IMG/VR virus record: IMGVR_UViG_2940244548_000002
Span: 1 to 64,000 of that record
DNA: 64,000 nucleotides
Origin: a virus
Taxonomy: Duplodnaviria; Caudoviricetes
Reading direction: 5' to 3' (one strand)
Shown here: positions 48,801 through 57,217 of the stretch, in pieces
Position numbering within the stretch: the stretch's first letter is position 1
Layout of the letters: each line of letters starts with the position of its first letter
Notes under the pieces: generated by a model
Database searches by the model: none
The model's input: only the letters and a program-made list of their open reading frames with translations
Told to the model about the DNA's origin: nothing
Translations under genes and position numbers: made by a program

Positions 48801-50736
48801 TTTAGATAAGAATGCAGATGTACCTACTGGGTGGAGCTTGAATATGCCCAGTGTATCCGATGGAGAGTACATTTGGAGTATCATATCTAAAAAGTCCAAA
48901 GTCCTGAATAGCTCTTTAATGTATTTGCCTGTTACCGATGCTGATTCGAGAACAATAGCAGATGCTTCTGGGAATGGGAATAATGCTACTCTTTCAGGAT
49001 CAAATGTCGCTGCGATCAGTGATAGTGCCAGAGGGAAAGTGTTGAAGTTTGACGGTGTTAGTAATTGCATTGCTCCCCTGGAGCTTCCATTTGATTCTGA
49101 TTTCACTTTGTGTATCTGGTTAAAGCCAAAATCATCCAAAATCAGCTGGATGGTGAACTGTACCAATGGTAGAGAGTATGTAGAGAATCATATAGAGGTA
49201 ACAGCTAATAAGTGGGTTCATTTTACATTTAGAAAGAATGACAAAACAATAACCGTATTCAAAGATGGTGTTGAAATTAGCCGAAATTCGACTAATAACG
49301 ATCATGTGGGCTTTTCTGTCTATGATGATAATATGTTTGGCACTTTTGCGGAAATGGATGAGATCCGATTGTTCAAAAGTGCTCTTTCAGCTGATCAGAT
49401 AGAATCGGTTAAGGATGGATCCATTACATCCATGATTGAGAAGTGGAGCACACCTGTTAGAGTTAATGCCTGGGATGGTGATTACTTTGAATACAGGTAT
49501 GCTAAGAATGGATCTACGACTACTCCTCCAGCATTGACTGCAACAGCGGTGAATCCCAGCGGATGGAGTACGACTATGCCCACTACTGGAGCACTGGAGT
49601 ATCTTTGGTGTACCGTTGCTAAAAAATCAGCAGCTGGAGCATTAATGCAAAACTGGAGCACACCTGTTCGGATAAAAGGAGCTGATGGGGCAAAAGGTGA
49701 TAAGGGTGATAAGGGAGAAAATCCTGTATTGGTGTTCAGGGGTATCTATGACAGCTCTAAAACTTATTATGGTACAAATAGCCGATTAGATGCTGTAAAA
49801 TACAATGGTCAATATTATATAGCTCGTATTGATGGAGGAACCATAACAGGATCTGGCAAAGCTCCAACAAATACCACCTACTGGAATACATTTGGTGCTG
49901 AATTTGAAACAATAGCCACTAACTTATTGCTTGCTGAGGGTGCAAATATCGGGGATTGGTTTATGTCTGGCGGAAAGATTGTATCTACTCTCTCTGGTAG
50001 CAATAAAATTACCCTGGATGCTTCTATGGCTCGTATTTTTGTGGAATCAGTATCATCTGGAGGAGATCACTCTTTGATAACAGGATTAGGCTCTAAAATA
50101 ACCATAGATGCTAATGGAGGTGTTGTAAGGGTTCAAGCTGCTACCTCTCCTGGTTATTCTACAGGAACTGCCTATATGTCTCCTACTGGCATATTTGCTA
50201 ACCTGGCTGGTACGGATGCTATGCCAGCAAGTTCTGGTTATACTCACCGTGGAGCTATTGTAGGCTTAGGGTTCGCAAATGTGGCAAAAAACGCCTGGGC
50301 TACAAATGTGGTTGATACCATTGTAGCAGGAGTATATGGCAGGGCTTCAAACAATGGCACAGCTCCTGCTTACGGTGGATTCTTTTATGACTTATACGCA
50401 GGTGGTTTAACGCTTGGTAGAAAGGCTATAACAACAGCGAGTACATCCACTTATCTAAATTCCAGCGATACTCTGGTGATAGGATATACATCTAACAGTA
50501 ATCAGATTGTTTATTTACCTACAAGTCCTAAAGAGGGGCAGATTGTGTTTTTCAAACAATGGTGGACTGGCTCAATGCGTGTATATCCACGTACAGGACA
50601 GGTTTTGTATGATGATAGCTCAGAGAATAGCTACTATGATGTTTCTGAGGGTCAAATGATGATAGCTGTATTCACTATTGGTTATGTGAATAGCGTAAAA
50701 AAAGAGGCTTGGTTAGTAAGTAGATTCAAATATTAG
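45826..50736 (+). CDS. Tail tip/hub and fiber protein with collagen-like repeats and LamG domain
   Basis: IITRL..GG..NL hub; GKDGENG/YLHIKYS repeats; MDEIRLF LamG. Confidence 0.85.
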   Translation: MEQITLIKRNGTNVNLFSKQPFCTVSSAVQNITLMGDDNVKLSIKSTQFLSFAKGDKILVDGQEYSIRTKVNREILADNIYSYEAVFYGVMYELMKSQYRNTDANGKSTKSTFDLTYSLKDFIKVVIYNVNRDYPGIWRFDEENCPDTEPKTLQFSRKNCLQVLQTACKEWKYEFRIVQEDGIRTIQIGKFGTKITPPGGKDFFEWGKGNGLFKLKEQKVDDKSIITRLWVEGGTQNLRSDYRDYSDRLQLPYPKRLNQREHTLSDGTVIPPLSEYIGIDNDNDRYMEDPDLRDTIGSDEDTEYYDAIYPKRTGEVTALGSDIYSFVDNTMDFDLNEKDSEGTKYLINGVTAKLTFITGKLAGQQFELKEKGGYNHSTKTFSIIKYTDERGLSIPTEDSEAFRIMVGDKYKITDINLPKSYEDNAEEDLWYAGYDDFKDRKQMRALYVLTFDRSYFINTLPSDSRTKVFDCGDYVPVKDERFNLEKNIRIQKMSRNLLIDHDYTLTLSDTTTISIQTQTVLDVIEHNIIIDNHRLRDLNKARRGWRTTEELRNMVYDTDGYFDVDNIKPNSIDTNMLTVGSKSQQFVLIDTILQANVNGYPNRFEATAGILAHLSINDTIIRQWNMSAASVTLSEAGGYYVFAKCSKDGSSGVYYITQEQIKVEPVSDPNNYYFQVGIIGSLHPDDGFRDFTTTYGFTRINGNTITTGKIVTSDGECYLDLDGNKFRIGDATSSIDWNVTARNQLTLKNVKLQSGSGDLSDIGVYRGVYNSAYIYYRGDEVSYTVNGETCTYRYTNPTPGKGNPPTNSVYWSVVAKGQSGKDGENGVPGKDGVDGKTTYFHIKYSAVGNPTSSSQMSEVPNTYIGTYVDYTEADSNDPKKYTWARFQGLQGEDGENGIPGVNGENGETSYLHIKYSDDGGLTFTDNNGETAGSWIGQYTDFNIKDSDLTTAYTWSRIKGEDGTPGSSGIDGVDGDFYEYRYAKNTSETTPPALDKNADVPTGWSLNMPSVSDGEYIWSIISKKSKVLNSSLMYLPVTDADSRTIADASGNGNNATLSGSNVAAISDSARGKVLKFDGVSNCIAPLELPFDSDFTLCIWLKPKSSKISWMVNCTNGREYVENHIEVTANKWVHFTFRKNDKTITVFKDGVEISRNSTNNDHVGFSVYDDNMFGTFAEMDEIRLFKSALSADQIESVKDGSITSMIEKWSTPVRVNAWDGDYFEYRYAKNGSTTTPPALTATAVNPSGWSTTMPTTGALEYLWCTVAKKSAAGALMQNWSTPVRIKGADGAKGDKGDKGENPVLVFRGIYDSSKTYYGTNSRLDAVKYNGQYYIARIDGGTITGSGKAPTNTTYWNTFGAEFETIATNLLLAEGANIGDWFMSGGKIVSTLSGSNKITLDASMARIFVESVSSGGDHSLITGLGSKITIDANGGVVRVQAATSPGYSTGTAYMSPTGIFANLAGTDAMPASSGYTHRGAIVGLGFANVAKNAWATNVVDTIVAGVYGRASNNGTAPAYGGFFYDLYAGGLTLGRKAITTASTSTYLNSSDTLVIGYTSNSNQIVYLPTSPKEGQIVFFKQWWTGSMRVYPRTGQVLYDDSSENSYYDVSEGQMMIAVFTIGYVNSVKKEAWLVSRFKY

Positions 50737-50740
50737 AGAT

Positions 50741-51190
50741 ATGATCGAATACGGATATATGGAAGATGGTTATCTAAGATCAAGGATCTTGGAGCCAGTT
50801 TCGGAAAGATTCATAGATACGGATGGTGAAAGTAAAACCAGGACAATATCTATAGAGGAACAAATTGCGATGTTGTCCGATTTTTGGAAACCTGTGGAGC
50901 TGATAGATGATGAAAAGCTAAAATGTGAGGATGGTTTTATTATTACTCCTATCCCATACGATGCTGGAGATCATATAAGCTACAAGTATCATAAAAAAGC
51001 GGATATGCAAGAGGTAAGGCGTGAAATCTCCCTACTGAAAGAGCAACTATCAAATGGTGATTATAAGATAGTGAAATGCTATGAGGCTAACCTACTTGGT
51101 GAGCAACTGCCTTATGATATGGCTAAACTTCATGCTGAGAGAGATGAGATAAGAAACCGAATAAATGAATTAGAAAAATTATTGCAATGA
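50741..51190 (+). CDS. Tail fiber-associated hypothetical protein
   Basis: L..GDYKIVKCYE...R..IRNRINELE motif. Confidence 0.65.
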   Translation: MIEYGYMEDGYLRSRILEPVSERFIDTDGESKTRTISIEEQIAMLSDFWKPVELIDDEKLKCEDGFIITPIPYDAGDHISYKYHKKADMQEVRREISLLKEQLSNGDYKIVKCYEANLLGEQLPYDMAKLHAERDEIRNRINELEKLLQ

Positions 51191-51420
51191 AATGGATGAA
51201 AGAAAGTAACCGAATGAAGCATTTTTTATATGCTATTCCCTGTAGTTTGTTATTTACATTTTTCTTTTCGGCTGGGCTTGCTGCTGGAATGGAATTTAAA
51301 GACAAAACCTGGGGAGGTAAATGGGATTGGTTGGATCTGACTGCTACCTTAATGGGAGGCTTGGTAGGTCAAATCATACAGATATTGCTTATCTTAATGA
51401 TTAAGCATCTATGTTTTTAA
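51187..51420 (+). CDS. Small membrane protein
   Basis: SNRMKH...EFKD...WDWLD..AT..GG with TM segments. Confidence 0.7.
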   Translation: MKWMKESNRMKHFLYAIPCSLLFTFFFSAGLAAGMEFKDKTWGGKWDWLDLTATLMGGLVGQIIQILLILMIKHLCF

Positions 51421-51427
51421 ATAAAAG

Positions 51428-51461
51428 TGTGTTTGTCAGACACATTAAATAGTTATCTTTG
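51428..51461 (+). promoter_or_regulatory. 17-bp palindrome plus TATCTTTG -7 box upstream of the DGR cassette
   Basis: TGTGTTTGTCAGACACA at 51428-51444; TAnnTTTG at 51454-51461. Confidence 0.75.
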
Positions 51462-51516
51462 CAGTATTAACTTAGTGAATATAATATGATTTCGTTAAAT
51501 ATAAACAGTTACAGTT

Positions 51517-52869
51517 ATGGGATTACTTTTAGGAAGTGGCTCAACTAAGCCACAATACCCCTATGATATGTGGTATGGCGTACAAGGGGATTTTACCAGC
51601 AGGGATTATAAACTTACTCGTGTTGGTAATTTGGATTTACATAAGACTTTGCCCATTCAAAAGAAAATCAAGCGGTTTGTAGAAAACCCTGATGGTTCGG
51701 TAAAGTATTATTTGCATCAAAACGATAGCCGTAAAAAGGAGAGTGGAGCTGCTGCTATCCTTGATAGTACGGATGGAAATGTAATGCTTGAAAAGCCTGA
51801 GTATTATTTCCGCTTGGAGATTGATGGAACAAAATGGCTACGTGCGTGGTCTGAGTATCCGCTGCCTGGCTTTACTAAGATGGAAAGAAAATCTATTTCT
51901 CCATGGTATGCAACTATTGATATAACAAACAGCGTTGCTGTTTCTGGTTGCTGGCTTACATGGGCTGGGGATAATATCGCTCGTGATGCAAATGGCATTG
52001 TGATATTGACAGCTAACGCTGCTCAATTCAGAGGTGGATCTGGAGCTGGTGATGCTGCCAAAGATGGCACATATAATTCTCAGCTTGGTATGGCACGAAC
52101 ATCTATCTCTAAGGCTGGAGTTCGTCCGTTGTGCAAAAATGGTACTCATCATGGAGCTTACAGAGCTTACAATGAGTTAGCCTGGTTACAGCGGTGTGAA
52201 TATGCCTCTCTCCATTGCCAGGACACATATAATGAAACTCTCACTTCTGAGGGCTACAAACAGGGTGGTTTAGGATCTGGCAGTGTTGTGGCTGGAGGAG
52301 AATGGAATACATGGGGAGCTTATAAGCCTTTTGTTCCTTGTGGTACAACTGCTACACTCGGAAACAACACAGGTAAGGTAGCCTACACTATCAAAGGATG
52401 GACTGGTGGAGATAAAACCGTTCAGGTAACATCATACAGAGGCTTGGAGGTTCCATTTGAGTATTTGTATATGTTGGCTGATGATGTACTTATTTATCAT
52501 GGAGCGGATAGATCAACGGCTTATGTGTGTGAGGATCCATCCAAATTTACATCACACTCTGATAGTTCTACAGCAGTTCCTGTAGGATATGATCCTATCT
52601 CCGATCTGCCACGAACAAATGGTTATATCCTCCAGCTTACACATTCAGCTAAAACATACTCATTCCCTGAGACTGTTGGAGGTGCTGCTAATGCTGGAGG
52701 ATGTGATTACTATTATCAACCTGTTACTGATGGTGGTTCAGGCTGGTATGGTGCCCTGTTGTCTGCTAATGCGTCTTCTGGGGCGAGTGCTGGGTTCGGT
52801 TTCCTGAACACGCTTAATCGCTCCTCGTACTCGTATGCGTACGTCGGGTTCCGCTTGTGCCGTTTTTAA
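51517..52869 (+). CDS. DGR target protein (putative receptor-binding/tail protein, C-terminal CLec-type VR)
   Basis: 3' end holds VR1; ends ...VGFRLCRF*; YRGLE..F..L motif; tail-region position. Confidence 0.9.
   Translation: MGLLLGSGSTKPQYPYDMWYGVQGDFTSRDYKLTRVGNLDLHKTLPIQKKIKRFVENPDGSVKYYLHQNDSRKKESGAAAILDSTDGNVMLEKPEYYFRLEIDGTKWLRAWSEYPLPGFTKMERKSISPWYATIDITNSVAVSGCWLTWAGDNIARDANGIVILTANAAQFRGGSGAGDAAKDGTYNSQLGMARTSISKAGVRPLCKNGTHHGAYRAYNELAWLQRCEYASLHCQDTYNETLTSEGYKQGGLGSGSVVAGGEWNTWGAYKPFVPCGTTATLGNNTGKVAYTIKGWTGGDKTVQVTSYRGLEVPFEYLYMLADDVLIYHGADRSTAYVCEDPSKFTSHSDSSTAVPVGYDPISDLPRTNGYILQLTHSAKTYSFPETVGGAANAGGCDYYYQPVTDGGSGWYGALLSANASSGASAGFGFLNTLNRSSYSYAYVGFRLCRF
52749..52863 (+). repeat. 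DGR variable repeat VR1
   Basis: Aligns to TR at offset 187; 12 substitutions at TR adenines and 1 at a non-A position before the IMH. Confidence 0.95.
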
Positions 52870-52921
52870 CGGGGGCACGGACGGCACTGCAAAAACGATA
52901 ATTGAAATAATGAAAATAAAA

Positions 52922-53170
52922 GGTTGCAACGGTCATGGTGCCCTGTTGTCTGCTAATGCGAATAATGGGGCGAATGCTGGGTTCGGTATCCTGAACACGA
53001 ATAATCGCTCCTCGAACTCGAATGCGAACATTGGGTTCCGCTTTTACCGTTACAGGTTTTCCTTGAAAAAGAAAAGAAAATCAGACCGTTGTAACCATGC
53101 CTCACAGAGACTACTTGTAGTCGGCAAAATAATATGAATTAGATCGGTGTGAGTAAGGAATTGAAAGCTC
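52922..53170 (+). ncRNA. Predicted DGR RNA (5' flank, TR, 3' spacer)
   Basis: 13-bp inverted repeat 52922-52934/53084-53096 encloses the TR; GACTAC-TT-GTAGTC hairpin at ~53109-53122; ends approximate. Confidence 0.6.
52936..53050 (+). repeat. DGR template repeat (TR)
   Basis: 10 AAY codons; IMH* GGGTTCCGCTTTTACC differs from the VR IMH; lies between target gene and RT. Confidence 0.95.
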
Positions 53171-53195
53171 TGATATAAACCAACGGCACATTTAT

Positions 53196-54260
53196 ATGGA
53201 TGAGTTGTATTTTAAAGATAGTAAACGATTAAAGAATATTTATCCATTAGTTTATGAAACATCTAATTTGGTAAGATCACAGTATAATGCACAAAAAGGA
53301 AAGGGCGTAAGAAAGGAAATAACCCGATTCAATAGCAATATCTGTGAAAACTTAGCCCACATATATGATATATTGGAAACTGAGAGCTACATACCTGGTG
53401 ATTATCGTGTTAAAATCATCCAGGATCCCAAAGAGAGAACAATAATGATAGCTCCGTTTTTCCCTGATCGGATCATTCACCATTGTATCATAAATGTTTT
53501 AGGCAATGTTTGGACTAAAGTTTTTATCCCTCAAACATACGCTTGTATCAAGGGGCGTGGAACCCATAAGTGTATGGAGGATATTCACAAAGCTCTGATA
53601 AGAGATAAGAAAGGTACTAAATACTGCCTAAAGATTGACATAAAGAAATTTTACGATAATGTAGATCACTCAGTTCTTAAAAAGATCATCCGCTATAGAA
53701 TAGCTGATGAACAAATGCTGAGGCTGTTGGACAAAGTTATAGATAGTAACGGTAGCGATAAGGGATTGCCTATAGGCAATTTTACAAGCCAGTACCTGGC
53801 TAATTTGTATTTAGCATACTTCGATCACTGGATCAAAGAGAATCTAAGGGTAAAGTATTATTTCAGGTACATGGATGATATTGTTATTCTGCACCAAAGC
53901 AAAGAGTTCCTACATGAACTACTTGATAAGATGGGGCTTTACCTTGGTGCTGAGTTAAAACTGGAGATAAAACAAAACTGGCAGATTTTCCCAGTTGATT
54001 CTCGTGGAATTGATTATGTAGGATTCAAACAAAACCATTACGGAATCCTACTAAGAAAAGGGATTTTAACAAGATTCTACAAGAAATACAACCGTGTGAG
54101 GAAACAGTATAACATCTCCGATGAGACAGTAATTAAACACCTCTTTCCGTCTGAATATGGCTGGATAATCAGATGCTCTGAGGAACATAGTAAATTCATA
54201 ATTAAAAATTGTATCGACAATGGAAAAGCAAAATGTATTAACTATCGGGCTGCTGGCTGA
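53196..54260 (+). CDS. DGR reverse transcriptase
   Basis: PKER.I, DRIIHH, YACIKGRG, KIDIKKFY, GLPIGNFTSQ, YMDD. Confidence 0.96.
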   Translation: MDELYFKDSKRLKNIYPLVYETSNLVRSQYNAQKGKGVRKEITRFNSNICENLAHIYDILETESYIPGDYRVKIIQDPKERTIMIAPFFPDRIIHHCIINVLGNVWTKVFIPQTYACIKGRGTHKCMEDIHKALIRDKKGTKYCLKIDIKKFYDNVDHSVLKKIIRYRIADEQMLRLLDKVIDSNGSDKGLPIGNFTSQYLANLYLAYFDHWIKENLRVKYYFRYMDDIVILHQSKEFLHELLDKMGLYLGAELKLEIKQNWQIFPVDSRGIDYVGFKQNHYGILLRKGILTRFYKKYNRVRKQYNISDETVIKHLFPSEYGWIIRCSEEHSKFIIKNCIDNGKAKCINYRAAG

Positions 54261-54654
54261 TGAAAAGCCTGAGGTGTTCTTTGACTTATATAATGGGCAG
54301 GGAACTATTCTATATAACCATAACATTAAAGAGGTTCTGGTTATCAAGGATGAGGATGGAGGAACAGTAATAACAACTGACAGCAAGAAATCAAACGGTA
54401 AGATGTTTCAGTATGATAGTGTTCGGGTGGACTATCCGAAAACTGGAGATAACATCTTTAGCACGTTGATCACTGCAAAATATCCACCAGCAACAGAAAG
54501 CAAATTGCTCAATGAGTATCAATCTGCTGTAATGGGATTGCTGGACAAAAGCCGTAAAAAGCCGTATGAAAATTTCCTCAAAGATCGTTTAGCAATTCGT
54601 GAGCAGATTGAGGCTGATTGTGAAACCTCTAACATCCCTATGGAGCATGAATAA
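54220..54654 (+). CDS. Hypothetical protein downstream of RT
   Basis: 144 aa; overlaps the RT 3' end. Confidence 0.75.
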   Translation: MEKQNVLTIGLLADEKPEVFFDLYNGQGTILYNHNIKEVLVIKDEDGGTVITTDSKKSNGKMFQYDSVRVDYPKTGDNIFSTLITAKYPPATESKLLNEYQSAVMGLLDKSRKKPYENFLKDRLAIREQIEADCETSNIPMEHE

Positions 54655-55042
54655 TATAGTCGATTTTGAAGATGATCCTATTATTGGATCTGCTGATGGA
54701 GATGATTTGTTTGATTGTGAATATTCAAGTGTTGATGCACTGATAAATGAGGTTATTGTTTTTACAGGAGTAAAGACAGATGTTCAAACTGAAAATGGTT
54801 TGCGAACACTTGTAGCCTTTGGAGAGGGATCTGCACGCTCAGCATTTTTCACAGAAAGCAAAAGATTAAAGGATGTTGTTTGTAATCCTGATCGGGTGTT
54901 TCCGTTTCGTGCTATAATTAAAGTGGTTCGATTCGGCAATAACACAGGATTCAAATTCTTTTCTCCCAGCAGTCCTATCACTCAACAGGACAAAGAAAAT
55001 TTCGATTATTATAAACGTAACAAATATAAAAGAAATAGATAA
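54647..55042 (+). CDS. Hypothetical protein, candidate DGR accessory factor
   Basis: Beta-rich; FFTESKRLK...FPFRAII motif; start MNNIVD. Confidence 0.65.
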   Translation: MNNIVDFEDDPIIGSADGDDLFDCEYSSVDALINEVIVFTGVKTDVQTENGLRTLVAFGEGSARSAFFTESKRLKDVVCNPDRVFPFRAIIKVVRFGNNTGFKFFSPSSPITQQDKENFDYYKRNKYKRNR

Positions 55043-55521
55043 TGGGAGAGGTTTTTCAAGGTGCAGAAAATATGCTAATGATCGTTGTGTTAGCCTGTAT
55101 TATTGTTTTTATAGCAATGTGTGTAGATCTTGTTAGTGGTTTGCATAAGGCTAAGCAACGCAAAGAGATCCGTAGCAGTTACGGATTAAAGCGATCTCTA
55201 AGTAAGTTTATCATGTATGAGGGCGGTATGCTAATAGCTTGTGGAGTAGATATATTGATCCACGTTTGCAAGCTGTTAAAGGTATTCCATTTGGATATTA
55301 TCTATGGGATCCCGATTATCACCTGTTTACTTGGTATCTTTTTACTGGTGGTAGAGTTTGTGAGTGTGCGAGAAAAAGCAGACGATAAAACAAAAACAGA
55401 AATTTCCAGGGTGGAGCAATTAGCAGCTAAAATGGTTAATAAGGATGAGCTGGTAGGTGCTCTTACTCAGGCGATAATCAACGCTGGCAAAGGAGGTAAT
55501 AGTGATGAAAGTTCTGATTGA
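55042..55521 (+). CDS. Holin
   Basis: Three TM segments; DLVSG..KA, S.GLKRS..K, EF.SV.EK; precedes the endolysin. Confidence 0.85.
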   Translation: MGEVFQGAENMLMIVVLACIIVFIAMCVDLVSGLHKAKQRKEIRSSYGLKRSLSKFIMYEGGMLIACGVDILIHVCKLLKVFHLDIIYGIPIITCLLGIFLLVVEFVSVREKADDKTKTEISRVEQLAAKMVNKDELVGALTQAIINAGKGGNSDESSD

Positions 55522-56089
55522 CAACGGACACGGTGTAAATACACCTGGTAAACGCTCTCCAGATGGTTCTCTGAGAGAGTACCTGTATGCAAGAGAAATA
55601 GCTGATAGAGTGGTATCCGAGTTGAAAAACAGTGGTATTGATGCTGAGCGTATTGTTAAGGAGGATGTTGATATATCTATCTCTGAGCGGTGTAAACGTG
55701 CGAATGCCATTTACAAAGCAACAGGAAAGAAAGCTATACTGATCTCTGTTCACTGCAATGCTGCTGGAAATGGATCCAGCTGGATGAATGCACGAGGCTG
55801 GAGTGTTCATGTTTCAACCAACGCCTCCAAAAAGAGTAAGGAGCTGGCTACTTGCTTTGCTAATATCGCTATGAGTATGGGGTTAAAGGTTCGTAAACCA
55901 TTACCGAATCAACCCTACTGGGTGCAAAACCTTGGTATTTGTCGTGATACGAATTGTCCAGCTATTTTAGTTGAGAATTTTTTTATGGATAACAAACAGG
56001 ATTGTGAGTTTCTTCTTTCTCCAGAGGGTAGAGATCAGATCGTGGATCTACACGTAAATGCAATCCTCAAATACATCAAAGGAGTATGA
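55505..56089 (+). CDS. Endolysin, N-acetylmuramoyl-L-alanine amidase (Amidase_3)
   Basis: LIDNGHG, E, ISVHCNA, PAILVENFFMDN. Confidence 0.93.
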   Translation: MKVLIDNGHGVNTPGKRSPDGSLREYLYAREIADRVVSELKNSGIDAERIVKEDVDISISERCKRANAIYKATGKKAILISVHCNAAGNGSSWMNARGWSVHVSTNASKKSKELATCFANIAMSMGLKVRKPLPNQPYWVQNLGICRDTNCPAILVENFFMDNKQDCEFLLSPEGRDQIVDLHVNAILKYIKGV

Positions 56090-56673
56090 ATAAATATCTA
56101 ATTTCAGCAATAGCTGTATTATTTCTGGCTGTAGGGCTATTGTCCTGGCAGTTGGATAGAACGAAAACAGAGAAAAAGCGACTATCAAGCAATCAGGAGG
56201 CTTTGCTTTCTGATATTGAATTTTATAAAACAGAGGCTGGAGATAATGCTGCATCAGTTCAACGGCTGGAGCTTTCAAAATCGGAGCTGGAAAAGCATTG
56301 TGAGGATCTTACCCAAACAGTAAAGGATCTCAATCTTAAAGTTAAGCGGATCCAGGCAGCATCCACTACTGTTACCAAAACAGAGTATAAGATTCAAACG
56401 GTTGTAAAGGATAGTATAATTTATCGTGATGTTCCTGTGATTGTTCAATCCATAGTGTATAAGGATCCTTGGATAGATATAGATGGGGTTATTGATAGCT
56501 CTATGTTCTCTGGTAACATTAGTACCAGAGATACCTTAGTTCAAGTGATTCACCGAGTGCCTAAAAAGTTTTGGTTTATAAAGTACGGAACAAAAGCAAT
56601 AAAACAGGAGGTGGTGAGTAAGAATCCTCATAGTAATATTGTGTTCACTGAATACATCGAATTGAAAAAATAA
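56086..56673 (+). CDS. Putative spanin-like lysis accessory protein
   Basis: N-terminal TM plus coiled coil; last gene of the lysis cassette. Confidence 0.6.
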   Translation: MNKYLISAIAVLFLAVGLLSWQLDRTKTEKKRLSSNQEALLSDIEFYKTEAGDNAASVQRLELSKSELEKHCEDLTQTVKDLNLKVKRIQAASTTVTKTEYKIQTVVKDSIIYRDVPVIVQSIVYKDPWIDIDGVIDSSMFSGNISTRDTLVQVIHRVPKKFWFIKYGTKAIKQEVVSKNPHSNIVFTEYIELKK

Positions 56674-56701
56674 TTTTTCTTCATATATTTTTGTAGATCG
56701 G

Positions 56702-56734
56702 AACTGTCTTAGCTGTGAAGCTGGGGCAGTTTTT
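56702..56734 (+). terminator. Intrinsic terminator after the lysis cassette
   Basis: AACTGTCTTAGCT-GTGA-AGCTGGGGCAGTT then TTT. Confidence 0.75.
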
Positions 56735-56902
56735 ATATTTGCTATTTTATTTGTAATTTTGCATTACCGATAATCAAAATCGGTGTTGCATTAGAGAGAT
56801 CCCTTTTTGCTTTCGGGTATTGGGGATCTCCTATTTTTAGTAAAAGTTCTACAATAGTTCTACGAAAAATAGAAAATCAAATGTAACTTATTGAATATCA
56901 GA

Positions 56903-56924
56903 GATAGAATAGAAGTTTCCTAAA
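56903..56924 (+). other. Probable attR of prophage 1 (tRNA-Arg D-arm to anticodon-loop fragment)
   Basis: GATAGAATAGAAGTTTCCTAAA is 19/22 identical to 57031-57052; preceded by tandem GTTCTAC repeats (~56845-56863). Confidence 0.65.
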
Positions 56925-57013
56925 CATGCGCAAAACTAAGAGGCTGTAAAAGTAGATAGATTTTTTGGAGAGGTAAAATTTAGCATTAAAATAAGATTTA
57001 AAAAATGGCGTAA

Positions 57014-57085
57014 GCCCCTGTAGTTCAACGGATAGAATAAGAATTTCCTAAATTTTAGATAGCAGTTCGATTCTGCTCGGGGGTA
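57014..57085 (+). tRNA. tRNA-Arg (CCT)
   Basis: Acceptor GCCCCTG/CGGGGGT, D-arm GTTC/GAAT, anticodon loop TTCCTAA, T-arm AGCAG-TTCGATT-CTGCT; CCA not encoded. Confidence 0.93.
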
Positions 57086-57089
57086 CACA

Positions 57090-57121
57090 AAGAGAGCTAA
57101 CTTTCAAAAGTTGGCTCTTTT
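57090..57121 (+). terminator. Terminator hairpin after the tRNA
   Basis: AAGAGAGCTAACTTT-CA-AAAGTTGGCTCTTTT. Confidence 0.65.
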
Positions 57122-57161
57122 CGTTTCAGCACTTTTGTTGCTATAAACGTATTTTTGCTGG

Positions 57162-57193
57162 CAATTGTGGTTCAATTGTGGTTCGTGGTTCAA
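57162..57193. repeat. Tandem CAATTGTGGTT repeats, probable integrase arm-type sites
   Basis: CAATTGTGGTT x2 plus partial GTGGTTCAA between tRNA and int. Confidence 0.55.
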
Positions 57194-57217
57194 TCCGAGC
57201 CAAATAAAAGTAAAGGT

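Larger units (their letters stand above)
1..56925 (+). mobile_element. Prophage 1: apparently complete Bacteroidetes temperate siphovirus carrying a DGR
   Basis: Gene order int-cI/cro-recombination-replication-terminase-portal-head-tail-lysis; ends at a tRNA-Arg-like fragment (56903-56924); attL would lie upstream of the window. Confidence 0.93.

Noticed and set aside
52835..53137. 100-aa ORF spanning the TR
   Set aside because: It is the Asn-rich translation of the template repeat; better explained as non-coding DGR RNA.
53196..54260. RT as group II intron, retron or Abi RT
   Set aside because: Short RT with GLPIG..SQ motif and an adjacent TR/VR pair with adenine-specific mismatches indicates a DGR.
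56903..56924. Second tRNA gene
   Set aside because: Only a 22-nt fragment with no acceptor stem or T-arm; treated as an att remnant.
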